From positions 48,050,001-48,114,000 of the forward strand of contig OX597815.1 of NCBI GenBank assembly GCA_951406725.2: a stretch of 64,000 nt of DNA. Direction: 5' to 3'. The translations under genes were made by a program, and so were the position numbers. Below, piece after piece: positions 10,801-23,819 of the stretch. This stretch comes from Octopus vulgaris (lineage: Eukaryota). The notes beneath the pieces are model-generated. The model searched no databases and was not told the origin of the DNA. It saw nothing but the letters and a program-made list of their open reading frames with translations. Numbering within the stretch: the first letter of the stretch is position 1; each line of letters opens with the position of its first letter.

Positions 10801-11624
10801 TGTCTAATATTATTCTTTATTTTTGTTACCGTCGCTGTTGTCTTCCATAAGATACACCTGCATAAAAGATTACAGGTGAGAAGATAATGAACAGAAAGTT
10901 AAGACAAAAATAATGGCTCATTACACATGATTGACTTCAGTTCTAATACCAGTTGTCTCTGGCACAGATCCTTAACACTTTTATTGTTCTATTTTGTTTT
11001 ATGTTTAGTTTACTTATTTATTTCTTCTAACAATTTGTTGCAGTTAGTTTTGTTGTAAGTTCAGCAATGTTAACATCTAAGATGTGAAAGAAAAAAATGA
11101 AAAAAAAAGAGGAGTATATCTTGGCTATGTATGCACAGAATTATAATTTCTAGTCCAAAACACACCAATACTATACACATGGGTATATGAAAAAATGTTA
11201 CTTCACTGTGCTACACACATAGTTTACTGTATCATTTTAATAAAGTGCTGACAGGTTATTTACAGAAGCAATAATGAACTATGAATCTATGCTTTTGGTT
11301 CCAAGAAACTAACTAGATTGTTGTCATCATCATCATCATCTTATTGTTATTGCAGTTGTTCCTGATAATCTTTTTAGATTTACCAGTGTTTATGCTAAGA
11401 CATCAGTTATGTGTCATTTAGAAATAACACATTTGAATGTAATAAACTTGTTCAAGGACAATTTGCTGGCAAACGAACACTACAAGTTGAAGTACTTTTG
11501 AGTTTGGTCTATGCGTGTGAGAATAAATATATATACACATAAATGTATATAGATAAATATTGTGTATGTATGTATGAAATACACACATTAATAAGTATAT
11601 CCTTATAAATATCCCTATCATTAC

Positions 11625-12050
11625 TTAACATCCACCTTTCCATGTTCACATGGGTTGAACAGGGTTTGTTGAGGTAGATTTTCTATGGCTGAATGCCCCT
11701 CCTGTAACCAACCCTTACCTGTTTTTGATTAAGGTAGTATATCTTGGAAGATTAGAAATGAAGGACACTGCTTGCATGGTGGTGACACTCGTTTACAACT
11801 ATCATGTGATGTCAAGACAAATAGACAGTAACACACACACACACACATACAAATGTGCACACATACATATACAAACATATACATATATATGATGGGCTTC
11901 ATTCAGTTTCTGTCTACCAAGTCCACTCACAAAAATTTGGTAAGTACAGAGTTACAGTAAAAGACGTTTACCCAAGGTGTCACACAGTGGGACTGAGCCT
12001 GAAACCATGTGGTTGGGAAGCGAACTTCTTACCATACAGTTATACCTGTG
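11625..12050 (-). mobile_element. Full SINE with family A head and family F tail
   Basis: Head at 11890-12050, CA/TA spacer, tail at 11625-11830. Confidence 0.75.
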
Positions 12051-12146
12051 CTTTTATATATATATATATATGTATGTATGTATACACACACACATATATA
12101 TATATAGACACACACACATATGTGTGTGTATGTGTGTCTGTATGTA

Positions 12147-13408
12147 TAGGGGTTTGGACAAAATAATGGAAACACCTTAAAATTTCAAGCAAATTCATTT
12201 TAATATGAGTAGGACTGCCTTTGGCAGTAATTACAGCTTGAATTCTGAGGTATGGACTCGTACAAAGTTTGAATTTTTACCAAAGGAATTTTTGTCCATT
12301 CTTCAGCTAAAACAGCCTCCAGTTCTTGTAGTGATGATAGTAGAGGATATTGACTCATTACTTGTTTTTCTAAAATGCACCATAAATGTTCAATAATATT
12401 GAGATCTGGGGACTGTGGTGGCCAGGTAAGATGTTCAACTTCACTAGAATGTTCCTTATGCCATTCAGTAAAAACTTTAGCTATGTGAATTGCTGCATTA
12501 TCCTCCTGAAAGAATTTGTTTCCCTCCAGAAACAGTTCTGCAACCATAGGATGAATTTGATCCGATAAAATGCTTAAATAGTCTTAATTTTGCCATGAAA
12601 GGAAACCATTAGGCCAGCGGATTTCCAAGATATAGCCCCCCAGACCATCACAGATTCTCCTACATGTTTAACAGTTGAAAGAAGGCAGTCTGGGTCAAAT
12701 GCTTCTTTTGGCTGTCTCCACATGTATACTCAGCCAATGACTGGAAATAAGGTAAAGGATGACTCGTCCGAGAAAATAACATTCTTCTACTGCTTTAGGG
12801 ACTAATTTTGTCGGTATAATCAAGTCTAAATGCTTTGCAACATTTGTTTTGAAAGTAGTGGTTTTCTAATTGCAGCCCTCCCATAAAATCTGGCTTTGTG
12901 CAGCTTCCAGCAAACAGTTTTGTGGAAACTGGGTTCTCAAGGTGGTCATTAAGCTCTGCAGTAATTTTGGGAGCATTACTTTTGTGATCTTTTCAAACAA
13001 TTCACGTAAGAGTCCGGCGATCCCTATCTGAAAGTTATGGTTTTCTTCCAGAGTTTTGTTCTGACGAGGAGGTTTTTCCATTTTTTCGCAAAGACTTGTC
13101 ATTACTTTCGAGACAGTACATCTTGATACACCAAACATTTTGGCTGTTTTCATTATGCTAGCACCTGCCTTATGAACATCAACAATTTGACCTCTTTGAA
13201 AGTCTGATAGATCTGTCATTTTAATGAATTTTAATTACCTTTTTCTGATGATATCAAAAAAGAAGCAGCAATTTTAGCAAAACATACTAAGCAACACTAA
13301 TAATAAATCAAAAACCCTAAAAATAAAGAAGCTTTTGATGGTTTTATGGATATTCCAAAATTATTATGCTATGATGCTAGGTGTTTCTATTATTTTGTCC
13401 AACCCCTG
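12147..13408 (-). mobile_element. Full-length Tc1/mariner DNA transposon (non-functional)
   Basis: ~30-bp TIRs (t/c)agggg(t)ttggacaaaataat(g/a)gaaacacct at 12147-12177 and 13379-13408; TA on both sides (12145-12146, 13409-13410). Confidence 0.95.
12200..13219 (-). pseudogene. Tc1-type DDE transposase pseudogene
   Basis: N-terminal HTH MTDLSDFQRGQIV...AGAS..KTA...GVSR.TVSKV; IFSDESSF; FQEDNAAIH; WPPQSPDLNIIEHLW; several frameshifts and stops. Confidence 0.93.
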
Positions 13409-13454
13409 TACGTGTAAATGGATGTAAAATGATGCTGATGCTGATGTGAATGTG

Positions 13455-13680
13455 TGTTTGTGTCTATGTTTGTCTTCCCACCACTGCTTGGTAACCAGAG
13501 TTGGTGCCTTTATGTACCTGTAACTTACCAGTTCAGCAAAAGAGACTGATAGAATAAGTACCAGACTTTAAAAAACAAAAAAAATAGTATTGGGGTCAAT
13601 TTGTTTGACTAAAGTTCTTCAAGGCAGTGCCTCAGCATAGCCACAGTCTAATGACTGAAACAATTAAAAGATAAAAGACG
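13455..13680 (+). mobile_element. SINE family A 3' half
   Basis: gtttgtcttcccaccactgctt...gagactgatagaataagtacc...gactgaaacaattaaaagat. Confidence 0.75.
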
Positions 13681-13884
13681 ATGATCCTTCCAAGATAAAA
13701 CAAAATGTTTCAACACACGATTTCACATCAAGATTCTTGCAAACGAAACACAAAACTGTAGTGTTGTATTTAATTTTGAAAATAATCAAAAATTTGGGAG
13801 GATTTAGTAAAAGAACTTAGTAATTTTTAAGCTGATGCTTGGAACATAGATTAACATAAGTTCTTAAATATAATTATTACAGAA

Positions 13885-14205
13885 GGTAAAAATCACCTTT
13901 TGAGCGTTGGGCCTCACTGAGGCAATAACGATGACTAAGATCATTGGCAATATGCTCTGCTTGGATAGAAGACCTGTCAAACCCAGTGAAATCGTAGTCA
14001 TGAAGATACTGGTGTCTTGCAATTGGCACCTGTGCTGGTGGCATGTAAAAGCACCCAGAGTGGTTGATGTTAGGAAGGGCATCCAGCCATAGAAACCCTG
14101 TCAAATCAGACTGGTGTCTGATGCAGCCCCTCAACTTACCAGCCCAGGTCAAACCGTCCAACTCATGCCAGCATGGACAATGGACATTAAATGATGATGG
14201 TGATG
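13885..14205 (+). mobile_element. SINE family C with extended 5' region
   Basis: gtgctggtggcatgtaaaagcacc...ggaagggcatccagcc...ccgtccaactcatgccagcatgga...(GAT)n. Confidence 0.8.
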
Positions 14206-14555
14206 ATGGTGGTATTCTAACTTGTAAAAAGAAAGTTTAAAAAAAACCCCTACAAAATGAAAGTTGGTGTTTTGGATAATAGAATCAAAGGCAGAATTGG
14301 ATAGACTGACATCAACAGGGGTGTATTAGTTTTTTTTTCTTCTTATTTTCCATTTTCAAAATGTTCTTTAGTGGATGTTACTCGAAATGCCCCTTTACCA
14401 ATTCTTTTCCTTATTGTTTTACTTTCTTTTATCCAAATTAGTACTAAAATTACCCCAACTCTTATTACTCTCCTCTATTCATCATTGTCTATTGCTGTGC
14501 TATATATAATTTTACAATATGTCCTTCTCCACTTATCTAATTATTTTATTTATTT

Positions 14556-14855
14556 ATGCGCCCTTTTGAAGCCTAACCAGGCTCATGGGCCCAGTTTCCC
14601 GGTTTCTATGGCGTATGTGTTCTTCCCAGTTGGACGGGATGCCAGTCCATCGCAGTGTTACTCAAGAAACAGGAAGAAAGAGTGAGAGAAAGTTGGGGTG
14701 AAAGAGTACAACAGGGGTCGCTAGCCCCCACTACCGGAACCTCGTGGAGCTTTAGGTGTTTTCGCTCAATAAATACACACAACGCCCAGTCTGGGAATTG
14801 AAACTGCAATCCTCCAACCGCGAGTCCGCTGCCCTAACCGTTGGGTCATTGCATC
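14556..14855 (-). mobile_element. SINE family E
   Basis: Shares head and body with 3272-3516 but has a different 3' module. Confidence 0.8.
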
Positions 14856-15524
14856 TCCACTTATTTGATTATACCTATGTATTTTACTTTAATCAAAGTT
14901 TAGTTCCCTTTCAGTGTAGCCTATCAACTCATTTTTCAGTCTAAAACACAATGAAATTACTGAAGAAAGGGACTTCAGTTGAGCTAGTGTAACAAATTTC
15001 AAGAATGTATGCTGTAGGGACATTGCTAATGCAAGACCTTCGTTTCAATCAGAAAGCACAATAAGAAACAAGTTACATGGAAATGGTTCAACTGAGAATT
15101 GAAATTTCATTGCAAAAATATCTTTGCAATAGTTCATATCTTTTAAAGTGCAGTCACTATGTACTCATAATAGGTGTCTCTTTCGTGTGTTTCATAAACA
15201 GAAGAGAAGATACTGAAACTTTTCTCATGCAGAAGAGCAAAACACCAATACTAATACAAAACAACTATATTCTCCTTAGGCAGAGAGTCTTCTACTTAAA
15301 CAATGTAAGCAAATTATCATGGCTTGCAAAGAAGCTAAAGTCTTTTACAGTGTCAGAGTTGAGAAAATAGATAGAGCCAACTTTGGTATATTAGTTGAAA
15401 TGATGGTATTTGAAATGATGTACAGCCATGAAGAAGAAGAAAAATGAAAAAAAATGCCAAATTCTTAAATGAAATATCTAATCTGTAACATAATGGAAAA
15501 ATACACATAGATTCAGTGCTACTA

Positions 15525-15544
15525 CTGATGATGACAATGATGAC

Positions 15545-15576
<32 letters not shown>

Positions 15577-16010
15577 CATTATTAATGATAATGGTGGCAA
15601 AAATGATGATTATGATGATAATGATAACGATGATGATCGTGATTGAAACAATCTAGTGATAATATTCACAATGATGCTGAACGTGACGATATGAATAAAT
15701 AACGATGACAATATAAATAATGATTATGACAATGACAAGAATAATAATGATGATGATGATGGTAATAACGAAGATGAAGATGATGATAAAAACAATCCAG
15801 TGATAACATTTATGACGTTGAATGTGATGATGACGATGGTAAATAATGATGAATAATGATTATGAAAATGACAACAATACTAGCAATGAGGACAAGGATG
15901 ATGATGATGACAGCAATAATGACAATAATGATGATGACACTGGAAACAATGATAATGAGAATGATGATGACGACAAACAACAGCACTGAGATTTGATAAA
16001 TCTGATAATG
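15525..16010. repeat. Degenerate (GAT/AAT/GAC)n low-complexity tract
   Basis: Trinucleotide-based array visible directly. Confidence 0.85.
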
Positions 16011-16047
16011 ATACCAAATTTTGAAGAATTTTCTCTTAAGCACTTAC

Positions 16048-16092
16048 AACTAATTGTTTGGAGTCAAACTCCAAAAACGAACTTTGACATAG
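16048..16092 (-). other. Candidate 45-nt exon (LCQSSFLEFDSKQLV in phase 0)
   Basis: Minus strand ttttatttttgcag|...|gtaagt; length divisible by 3; one open frame; no transcript evidence. Confidence 0.3.
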
Positions 16093-16844
16093 CTGCAAAA
16101 ATAAAATCACAATCAAAACCGATTGTAAAGTGATGCAGTAACTGTGTTGATTCAAGATGGTCAGATCACGGCTATCAGGGGTTACTGGAGTATCCAATAG
16201 TGACTGCTCGCTGTTTTACGCTGACAAAATGAATAATGTTGCTATGAAAACTGTATTTCCCTGGAGCATATAAAAGCTGGCCATATTTGTACATGTTGTA
16301 CTTGAGTAAGCTGCTAACAACCAATGTTATATATTAAATGAAAATAAAAACAAAAAAAAATAAGAAACATTGCTTTCCATTCTTGATAGAGGGCCAAAAA
16401 CGATTTCTACAACACTGTCAAGGAATGGTAAAACAAGCACACACACACACACACAGAAACACAGACACATACACATGCACTCACATACACATACACACAT
16501 ACATTCGCATAAATACAAAACTAATGCTTTACAGATCAGAGTTCTTTAACAGATACACATATGCACACACTACTGCACTCATGAATACACACAGTCTTGA
16601 GACAGTGTAATGAAAACAAATTATATATATATCTGTATGTGTTTGTATACATACATACATACATACATACATACACATACATGTATAGAGTATTTGAAGT
16701 GGTGCATAGATATTGAAAAAGGAGGCAATCAGAATTTTGGATAATTCTTCACTTGTTTTAATTTTGTTTTGACGAGTTTGATAAATGAACAAAATCACAA
16801 ATAAAAAATTACCCAAAATTTAGACTGCCTTCTTTTTCTCAATG

Positions 16845-17230
16845 TAGGCACAGGAGTGGCTGTGTGGTAGGTAGCTTGCTTACCAACCACATGGTTCTGG
16901 GTTCTGTCCCACTATGTGGTACCTTGGGCAAGTGTCTTCTACTATAGCCGGAGGCCAACCAAAACCTTGCGAATGGATTTGGTAAACGGAAACTGAAAGA
17001 AGCCCGTCGTATATGTGTGCGTATGTTTGTGTGTCTGTGTTTGTCTCCACCATCATCACTTGACAACCGATGCTGTGTTTATGTCCCCATAAAATAGTGG
17101 TTCGGAAAAAGACACCGATAGAATAAGTATTAGGCTTACAAAGAATAAGTCCTTGGGTCGATTTGTTCGACTAAAAAGGTGGTGCTCCAGCATGGCCGTG
17201 GCCAAATTACTGAAACAAATAAAAGAATAA
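16845..17230 (+). mobile_element. SINE family A, full length
   Basis: Complete head, TG spacer and tail ending gaaacaaataaaagaat. Confidence 0.9.
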
Positions 17231-17574
17231 TATATATATATATATATATAGTAAATGAAAGACAGAAGATGGAAGATATGAGAATTTTTATTAAACATGA
17301 CACACACACATATACATATAATGTATATACATATCTGTATATGTGTCTATGTATGTATGTGTGTGTTTGTGTATATATATATATATATATATATGCCTGT
17401 GTAACTCTCTCTGTACCTGTGTATGTGTGTGTGTATGCATGTGTATATATGTATAACTTACTTGGAAAAGGATGAACAACATTCGGTCATATAATAATAT
17501 AAAAAAATATATAAATATATGCATATATACATACATATATGTACATACCTACATATACATGTATATATACATGC

Positions 17575-18135
17575 ATATATGGCTACAGGACATCAAAACA
17601 ACGTTGAACACAATGAGAAACAGAAACATAAAAACAAAAACATAGAAAACAAACTTTTTTCAAACAAAAAAACCCCAGAGAAACGAGACATGCAACATAA
17701 AGAATATTCCCCTTCATCAGTTGTCTATGTTTCATCTACTCGGTGTTTCGAAGGCAAGGACAATACGTGACTTCATTGAAACAGTCCTTCCCGCAAAGCA
17801 AATTAAATAAAATTTGGGATTTTTTGCAGAGGGTGAAAGTGGTAACAAGAACAGGACAATGAGAACAAAACAGTAAAAACAAACAGTGAGGGCTGTTAAG
17901 TCAAGACGATAGAAAAATTATTATGGACGATAGGAGGACGAGCTTATGAGAGGAGACAGGTGTAAGCACGTGTTGTCTTTAGGAAGGAAATGGGCAGAAA
18001 GATAGATTCCGTTTCGTCACATGCCAGCGATGAGAGTCAAGGAGGAAGAGTGAGAGAGAGGGAACAGTGAAGAGGAGAGGAGAAGAATAGTGAAGGGTGG
18101 GAGAGAAAACCAGAAAGGATGAAGAACAAGAGAGG
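17575..18135 (-). mobile_element. Probable Penelope-like/unknown repeat remnant between TA microsatellites
   Basis: CpG-containing segment bounded by TA arrays, with minus-strand cgaaac...gta and ctgatgaagg motifs; hammerhead stems not convincing. Confidence 0.4.
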
Positions 18136-18146
18136 GAGTATATATA

Positions 18147-18192
<46 letters not shown>

Positions 18193-18433
18193 TGGTGTAC
18201 AGATAATATTATAATGACTCCTATATTCTATCATAGACACAAAGGCATATATTTTGGAAGGGACTATCATTGATTAGACTGACTCTTACACTTATTTCAG
18301 TGAACTTAGACAGATGAAGCACAAATTCAATCTTGCCAGGATATAAACTTAGAACGTAATATTAAATGGAATTTGATTGCAACAAAATTCCATGTAAGGA
18401 GTTTAATCAATTCTGCTAATCCAGTACTCTAAA

Positions 18434-18770
18434 TCTTATACATAAATGGCAGTTTCTGTGTCTGTCGATCTGTCTGTAACCATCTTGCTGCCTACAGCAG
18501 TGAACTGATCTTGATGAAACTTTGCATACATGTTAAACTAACATCCAGTTCAATTATAGGTTAACTGGATTTCAATGAAAATCTATAATGGGTCCCCTTG
18601 GGCGATTTTGATAAAATGAGAAGGGTGCAAGAGTGTTAGTATGAGGGAAATGCGGTAGCATAGTGAGAGTGGCTGATACAGGGAAGGGGAGAATAGCATT
18701 GTATAAGCGACAAATATAGAGTGGCAGTGGGATGGTAACATTAATACAGTTGTCATAAGTAACTTTTTAA
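18434..18770 (+). mobile_element. Non-autonomous Helitron 5' fragment
   Basis: TC start tcttatacataaatggcagtttctgtgtctgtc and gatgaaactttgcatac resemble the 5' part of the Helitron at 23440-23782; no CTAG end seen. Confidence 0.5.
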
Positions 18771-19210
18771 ACACTGGACAAAATGCTTAGTGGTATTTCG
18801 TCTGTCGCTACATTATGAAACCAAATTCCTTCGCGGTCAACTTTGCTTCCATCCTTCCAGGGTTGATTAAACAAGTACCAGTTATGCACTGTGGTCGACG
18901 TAATCAACTAATCCCTACCACCAAAAGATTTCAGGCCTTGTGCCTATAGTAGAAAGGACTACTACTACTACTACTACTACTATTACTACATCAACAACAA
19001 AGCAGTGAGCCAGCATAGTATGCCAGGCAAAATGCTTAGCTGCATTTTATTCTTTCTTATGTTCTGAGTCCAAATTCTGCCAAGTTCGACTTAGCCTTTC
19101 ATCTTTTCTGGGGTGATAAAAAAAAAGCACCAGTTGAGTATTGGGGTTGATGTAATTGACTTACCCCCAGCCCCAAAATTGCTGGCCTTGTGCCAAAATT
19201 TGAAATCATC
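18770..19210 (+). mobile_element. Two tandem SINE family B copies separated by (ACT)n
   Basis: aaatgcttag...ttcatc...aagtaccagtt...ggccttgtgcc occurs twice. Confidence 0.75.
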
Positions 19211-19571
19211 ATCATCATTGTCATCATCATCTTTTAGCTTGATTTTGGGGCATTTTAGTAAGTAGCCAGGCCTCTACCTGAAACCTAAGGCTAGTAACTA
19301 TGTTATAATTATAGGAATTTTCTCAAGAGATTAGTGGAATCTTTTGGACATTGTGCATATTTGATTTTTCAGGTATTTTATAAATGAAAATTGAAGAAAC
19401 CTTTTTTTTAACCATGCCTAGAGTAAATGTTTTCAGTTTCCACACTCTGCTGATTTCTGTCTGTGGGTCCTTGTATTTAGCTAACTTTTCAAATTGACAG
19501 ATATTTTGATTAACTGGTAGTGTGATATCTATTAGATAGTAGGCATTTTGTTGACCTTTGATAGTACTTGT

Positions 19572-19885
19572 GGCACTCCATCAGTTACAGTGTTGAGGGT
19601 TCAAGTGGATCAAATCAACAGAACAGCCTGCTCATCAAATTAATGTGCATGTGGTTGAGCACTCCACAGACATATGTACCCTTAATGTAATTCTGAGGGA
19701 GATTCATTGTGACACAGAGTGTGACAAGGCTGGCCCTTTGAAATACAGGTACTACTCATTTTTGCCTGTTGTGTGGACTGGAGCAATGTGAAATAAAGTG
19801 TCTTGCTCAAGGACACAATGTGTCACTAGGAATTGAACTCACAACCTTACAATCATAAGCCGAATACCTTAACCACTAAGCTACA
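19572..19885 (-). mobile_element. SINE family D (tRNA-derived, CORE-like ccttgagcaagacacttt)
   Basis: Minus head tagcttagtggttaagg...gagttcaattcc; copies at 24870-24980, 58578-58895 and 62915-63145. Confidence 0.85.
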
Positions 19886-20085
19886 TACCATCACATTTTG
19901 ATAATAATACAGGTCTATAGGTAAACTGGGGTAAATATGGTAACTATGGGCTTAATGTTTTTTGCTGTTTTTCTTTCCTTTTTTTTTAAAGTATTTCTGT
20001 GTTTCAAACTGAAAAATCCATTCAGATAAATATATGAAAAAATTAAAGCTTTAGCTTTTTCTTTGTTCATATGTACATATATATA

Positions 20086-20145
<60 letters not shown>

Positions 20146-20178
20146 CGAGTGTTTGAAAATGCCTAAAATGTATTGCAG

Positions 20179-20217
20179 AGGATTTCCATCAGTCAGGTGG
20201 ATTTGTTGGGGTGCCAG
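20179..20217 (+). other. Candidate 39-nt exon (DFHQSGGFVGVP in phase 1)
   Basis: ttgcag|...ccag|gtaagg; frame-preserving; weak polypyrimidine tract. Confidence 0.2.
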
Positions 20218-21269
20218 GTAAGGTAGAAATGTCAAAAATGGAACTTTGGTAAAACAGGTTCTTTTTAACTGAATAGTAATTCCAGTTGTTTGAAACAGAG
20301 GAATTCTCGAAAAAAACTAAAACAAAAAAAAAAAAAAAAGATTATGGAAAATACCACTCTTTTATCAAAAAAAAAAAATGGAAGGGGTATATAACTAAAC
20401 TGAAATTCAGGTTGGCGAGGAATGGAGTGGTGGAGAACAAAAAAATATTGAAGTTTTGAAAAATTACTTTTGTCTTTATTTTTTTTTGCATCCAGGTTGG
20501 TCATCTTTAGTTGTTTGAAACACAAGAAATAATAATTGAATAAAAAAATAAAGGAGGAAAAGTGAAAAAATAATTTTAAAATTGTATCACAAAGGACAGC
20601 AATTCCAGAACTCTGCCAAATAGTTATTGATGGGGGTGCTAACTCTGAAACTCTTCTGTTAATTTCCTTCACATTGTTGTTTGTGTTACATTTTTTTTGT
20701 CATGTTTGTATTACTGTTTAATATGGGGAGCGTGTGATTGCATCAGATTGTTTAGACATTGTTCATTAATGCTGTTTAAAATAGGAGGCCATGATCATAA
20801 GGAGATATAACTGCATCAAGGCTCCAGAGTGAGGTAAAATAATTGAAATTATTCAATTAATGAATGATATCAATAATATTAATAATGCGTCATCAATCAC
20901 CGTCATTTACATTAGAAAGTACAAATCCATGAGCAAAACAAAAAAAAAAAAACAAAAAAAAAACAAAACAAAACTAAGAACACACAAAAACAATTCAACA
21001 ACAGCAGAAAGAGTTTAAAACAGAAATTGCTTAAAAAAGAAATCTAAAAAGATTTGGGTGGGTGAGAAAATGTTACAGGTAGTAGAATCACTGCCTTGTG
21101 TTGCTGAATAATTTTGTGCCCTTAGATTAGCACTTACATCAGATTACATTGATTAGTAGCAAATGACAGTGGTAAAAAATAGTTGAAAATGTGCTCATTG
21201 ATAGATTATTATTATTATTATTATTGTGTTGATGATGTTCAAAAATTGAATAATTTTGATTATTTTGGC

Positions 21270-21575
21270 TATGTAGTTAAAACGATTGCTTTGAACCATG
21301 TAGTTTTGGGTTCAATCTAACTGTGCTGTTTTCTACCGTGGTCCAGGGCCAAACAAGTGCCTTGTGAGTGAAATTAGTAGATTGAAACTGTGTGGAAGCC
21401 TTTCACTCACAACACACATGCAGAGTGGTTGGTGTTAGGAAGGGCATCCAGCTGTAAAACCATGCCAAAACAGACACAGTAGCCTGGGGTAGTTTTCTAC
21501 CTGGCTGGCTCCAGTCAACTGACCTACCCATGCATGCATAGAAGACAGACGTATGATGATGATGATGATGATGAT
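21270..21575 (+). mobile_element. SINE family A head fragment followed by family C 3' part
   Basis: ccttgtgagtgaaattagtag... then ggaagggcatccagctg...(GAT)n. Confidence 0.65.
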
Positions 21576-21928
21576 ATATATACACACACACATACCTTTG
21601 AGCAAACAGCCTTGGAGTGAACAAAATGGAGATTGTTGAGTTAACATGTTATGAAAGATTTTGTTTCACCCAGCATTAACAGGCTAAGAGGTACAAGGCA
21701 AAGGAGAAAAGTGACTACATTTATACCATTTGCACTGATTCAAATTCCTCATACTTGCAACAGCTGTGGGCTTCTTTGCAAATCATTGGCAGGACTCAAA
21801 TGTCACATTTAACATAAGTATTATGACTGATAAAGGTAGAGTAGGTTGTCAGATTCTCAGACTTCAAAACCGACATGTGAATCCATCACACACACACACA
21901 GACACACATATATACGCACATACATATA

Positions 21929-22438
21929 TGTAGTGGTGTAGGGAGCCAAAGAGTTGAATGATGTCCCTTGTAAGAAAGATCATAGAGTAACCTCCCTTTT
22001 TCAAGTTTCTTGAAGGATCTGTGTCATGAGACATGGTTCTTAATTATTCAAGAAGCTTAGCATTTCTCTTGGAAGTTTCTAGAATGTCTAGCATTCCATT
22101 AATAAAAACAGCTTGCTAACCCACTAATTCACTTCTTAGTCGATTAAACTTAGAGCCATTCACACTATTGCTATGTTTGCCTATTTCTCTACGCCACATG
22201 ATTGAAAACCACCACCTAGCTGTTATTTCTACATTTTCTATCTCTGAACTTTCTGGCATAGATTACTTCATTCAACTAAATTCTACAATTTGATTCCATG
22301 TATCATCATCGACCAGTAAATAAAAGATATTTTTATGTAGTAAATATATAAATATTGAATTTATTCTTTTATCTCTTTTTGAACTCTTGTAATAACATAC
22401 ATTTAGCCACATCAACACCTTGTACTGACTATATATTC

Positions 22439-22445
<7 letters not shown>
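21929..22445 (+). mobile_element. Solo LTR (517 bp, probably Gypsy-type)
   Basis: Termini TGTAGTGG...CCACTACA (8-bp inverted, TG..CA); TATA on both sides as a 4-bp TSD; internal AATAAA near 22319. Confidence 0.7.
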
Positions 22446-22518
<73 letters not shown>

Positions 22519-22519
22519 G

Positions 22520-22797
22520 TGCCAGCCTCGCCTGGCCTCCATGCCGGTGGCACGTAAAAAACACCATCCGAGCGTGGCCGTTCGCAAGCCTCGTCTGGCA
22601 CCTGTGTCGGTGGCACATTAAAAGCACCCACTACACTCACGGAGTGGTTGGCATTAGGAAGGGCATCCAGCTGTAGAAACACCGCCAGATCTGACTGGCC
22701 TGGTGCAGCCTTCGGGCTTCCCAGACTCCAGTTGAACCGTCCAACCCATGCTAGCATGGAAAGCGGACGTTAAACGATGATGATGATGATGATGATG
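22520..22797 (+). mobile_element. Young SINE family C subfamily copy
   Basis: CpG-rich; near-identical to 42724-42972 and 36489-36733(-); internal ~60-bp tandem duplication. Confidence 0.9.
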
Positions 22798-22828
<31 letters not shown>

Positions 22829-22939
22829 TACATACATATATATATACATACAAATAAATATAAATATATATATACATATATATGCATTCACATGAGTGTA
22901 TGTTTATGTGCATAATCTTCGTGTTCATATTTGTACGTC

Positions 22940-23110
22940 CTCACCACTGCTTGGCAACCAATGTCGGTTTGTTTACATTACTGTAACTTAACAGTCTGGC
23001 ATAAGAGACTGATAAAATAAGTACAAGACTTAAAAAGTAAGTGCTAGGGTTGATTTGCTCAACTAAACTCAACATGGCTACAGTCCAATGACTGAAATAA
23101 GTAAAAGATA
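22940..23110 (+). mobile_element. SINE family A 3' half
   Basis: ccactgcttggcaacc...gactgaaataagtaaaagat. Confidence 0.7.
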
Positions 23111-23439
23111 ATGATTGTTCATTGATGTAGTCACTCCATCCATTAGAAATTGCAGTCAAAATCACCTCAGAATCACACCAGCCTATCATAAACAGCGTTA
23201 ATGAACAATGACCAAATGATCTCATATAATCACACACTCCCACATTAAGTAAAAACAACAGAAACATGAACAACAATAACAAAAAATAAACACTAAAACA
23301 CCACAGATTGGGAATAGTGGATGTTTAAAACAGAAATCCAAAGAGCTGCTTTTTTGAAAAAAAAAAAAAAAAAAGAGTTGGGTGCTTATTCTGTAATTTT
23401 GTTAAATCATGAAAATTCATGGGTGATTTTTATAGCAAA

Positions 23440-23782
23440 CTAGCAGCACAGTCTGGCGTTGCCCGGGTATGTAAGAGCCCCTAGTAGGCAACGACTAATC
23501 CCAATCTAGTCCTTATAAAAAGGTCGAGTTGTGTCCCCTAGACAGAAAATGTGTTGCATATAAAAAGCTTAGATTCTCGACCCCATGTCGAATTTATCAA
23601 TTATTTTCAGAACTGGGGGAACTTTTCAAAATTTTCACTGCGTTAGTTTTGAATTATGACATTGGGCTATGTGTGTGTCAAGTTTCATCAGAATCGGTTG
23701 AAAGCCGTGGTCAGGGTGAGGGTACAACCTGACAGACACACAGATACACAGACAGACAAACTGCCGTTTATATAGAGAGAGA
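23440..23782 (-). mobile_element. Non-autonomous Helitron
   Basis: Minus strand A|TCTCTCTCTATATAAACGGCAG...cccgggcaacgccaga hairpin...CTAG|T; no TSD. Confidence 0.8.
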
Positions 23783-23819
23783 TATGAGGAACCAAATGGA
23801 ATTTCTCTAAAGGATCCCT

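Noticed and set aside
15810-16043. Hydrophobic 'membrane protein' ORFs (also 26480-27036 and 51283-51646)
   Set aside because: Poly-Ile/Leu from (AAT)n/(GAT)n microsatellites.
16839-17066. Recurrent ORF peptides RRHLPKVP / SVYQIHSQ / WMPFLTP / LDALPNANH
   Set aside because: Translations of SINE families A and C; they recur wherever those SINEs occur.
17690-17790. Hammerhead from minus-strand cgaaac...gta and ctgatga motifs
   Set aside because: Stem I and stem II cannot be paired convincingly in either topology.
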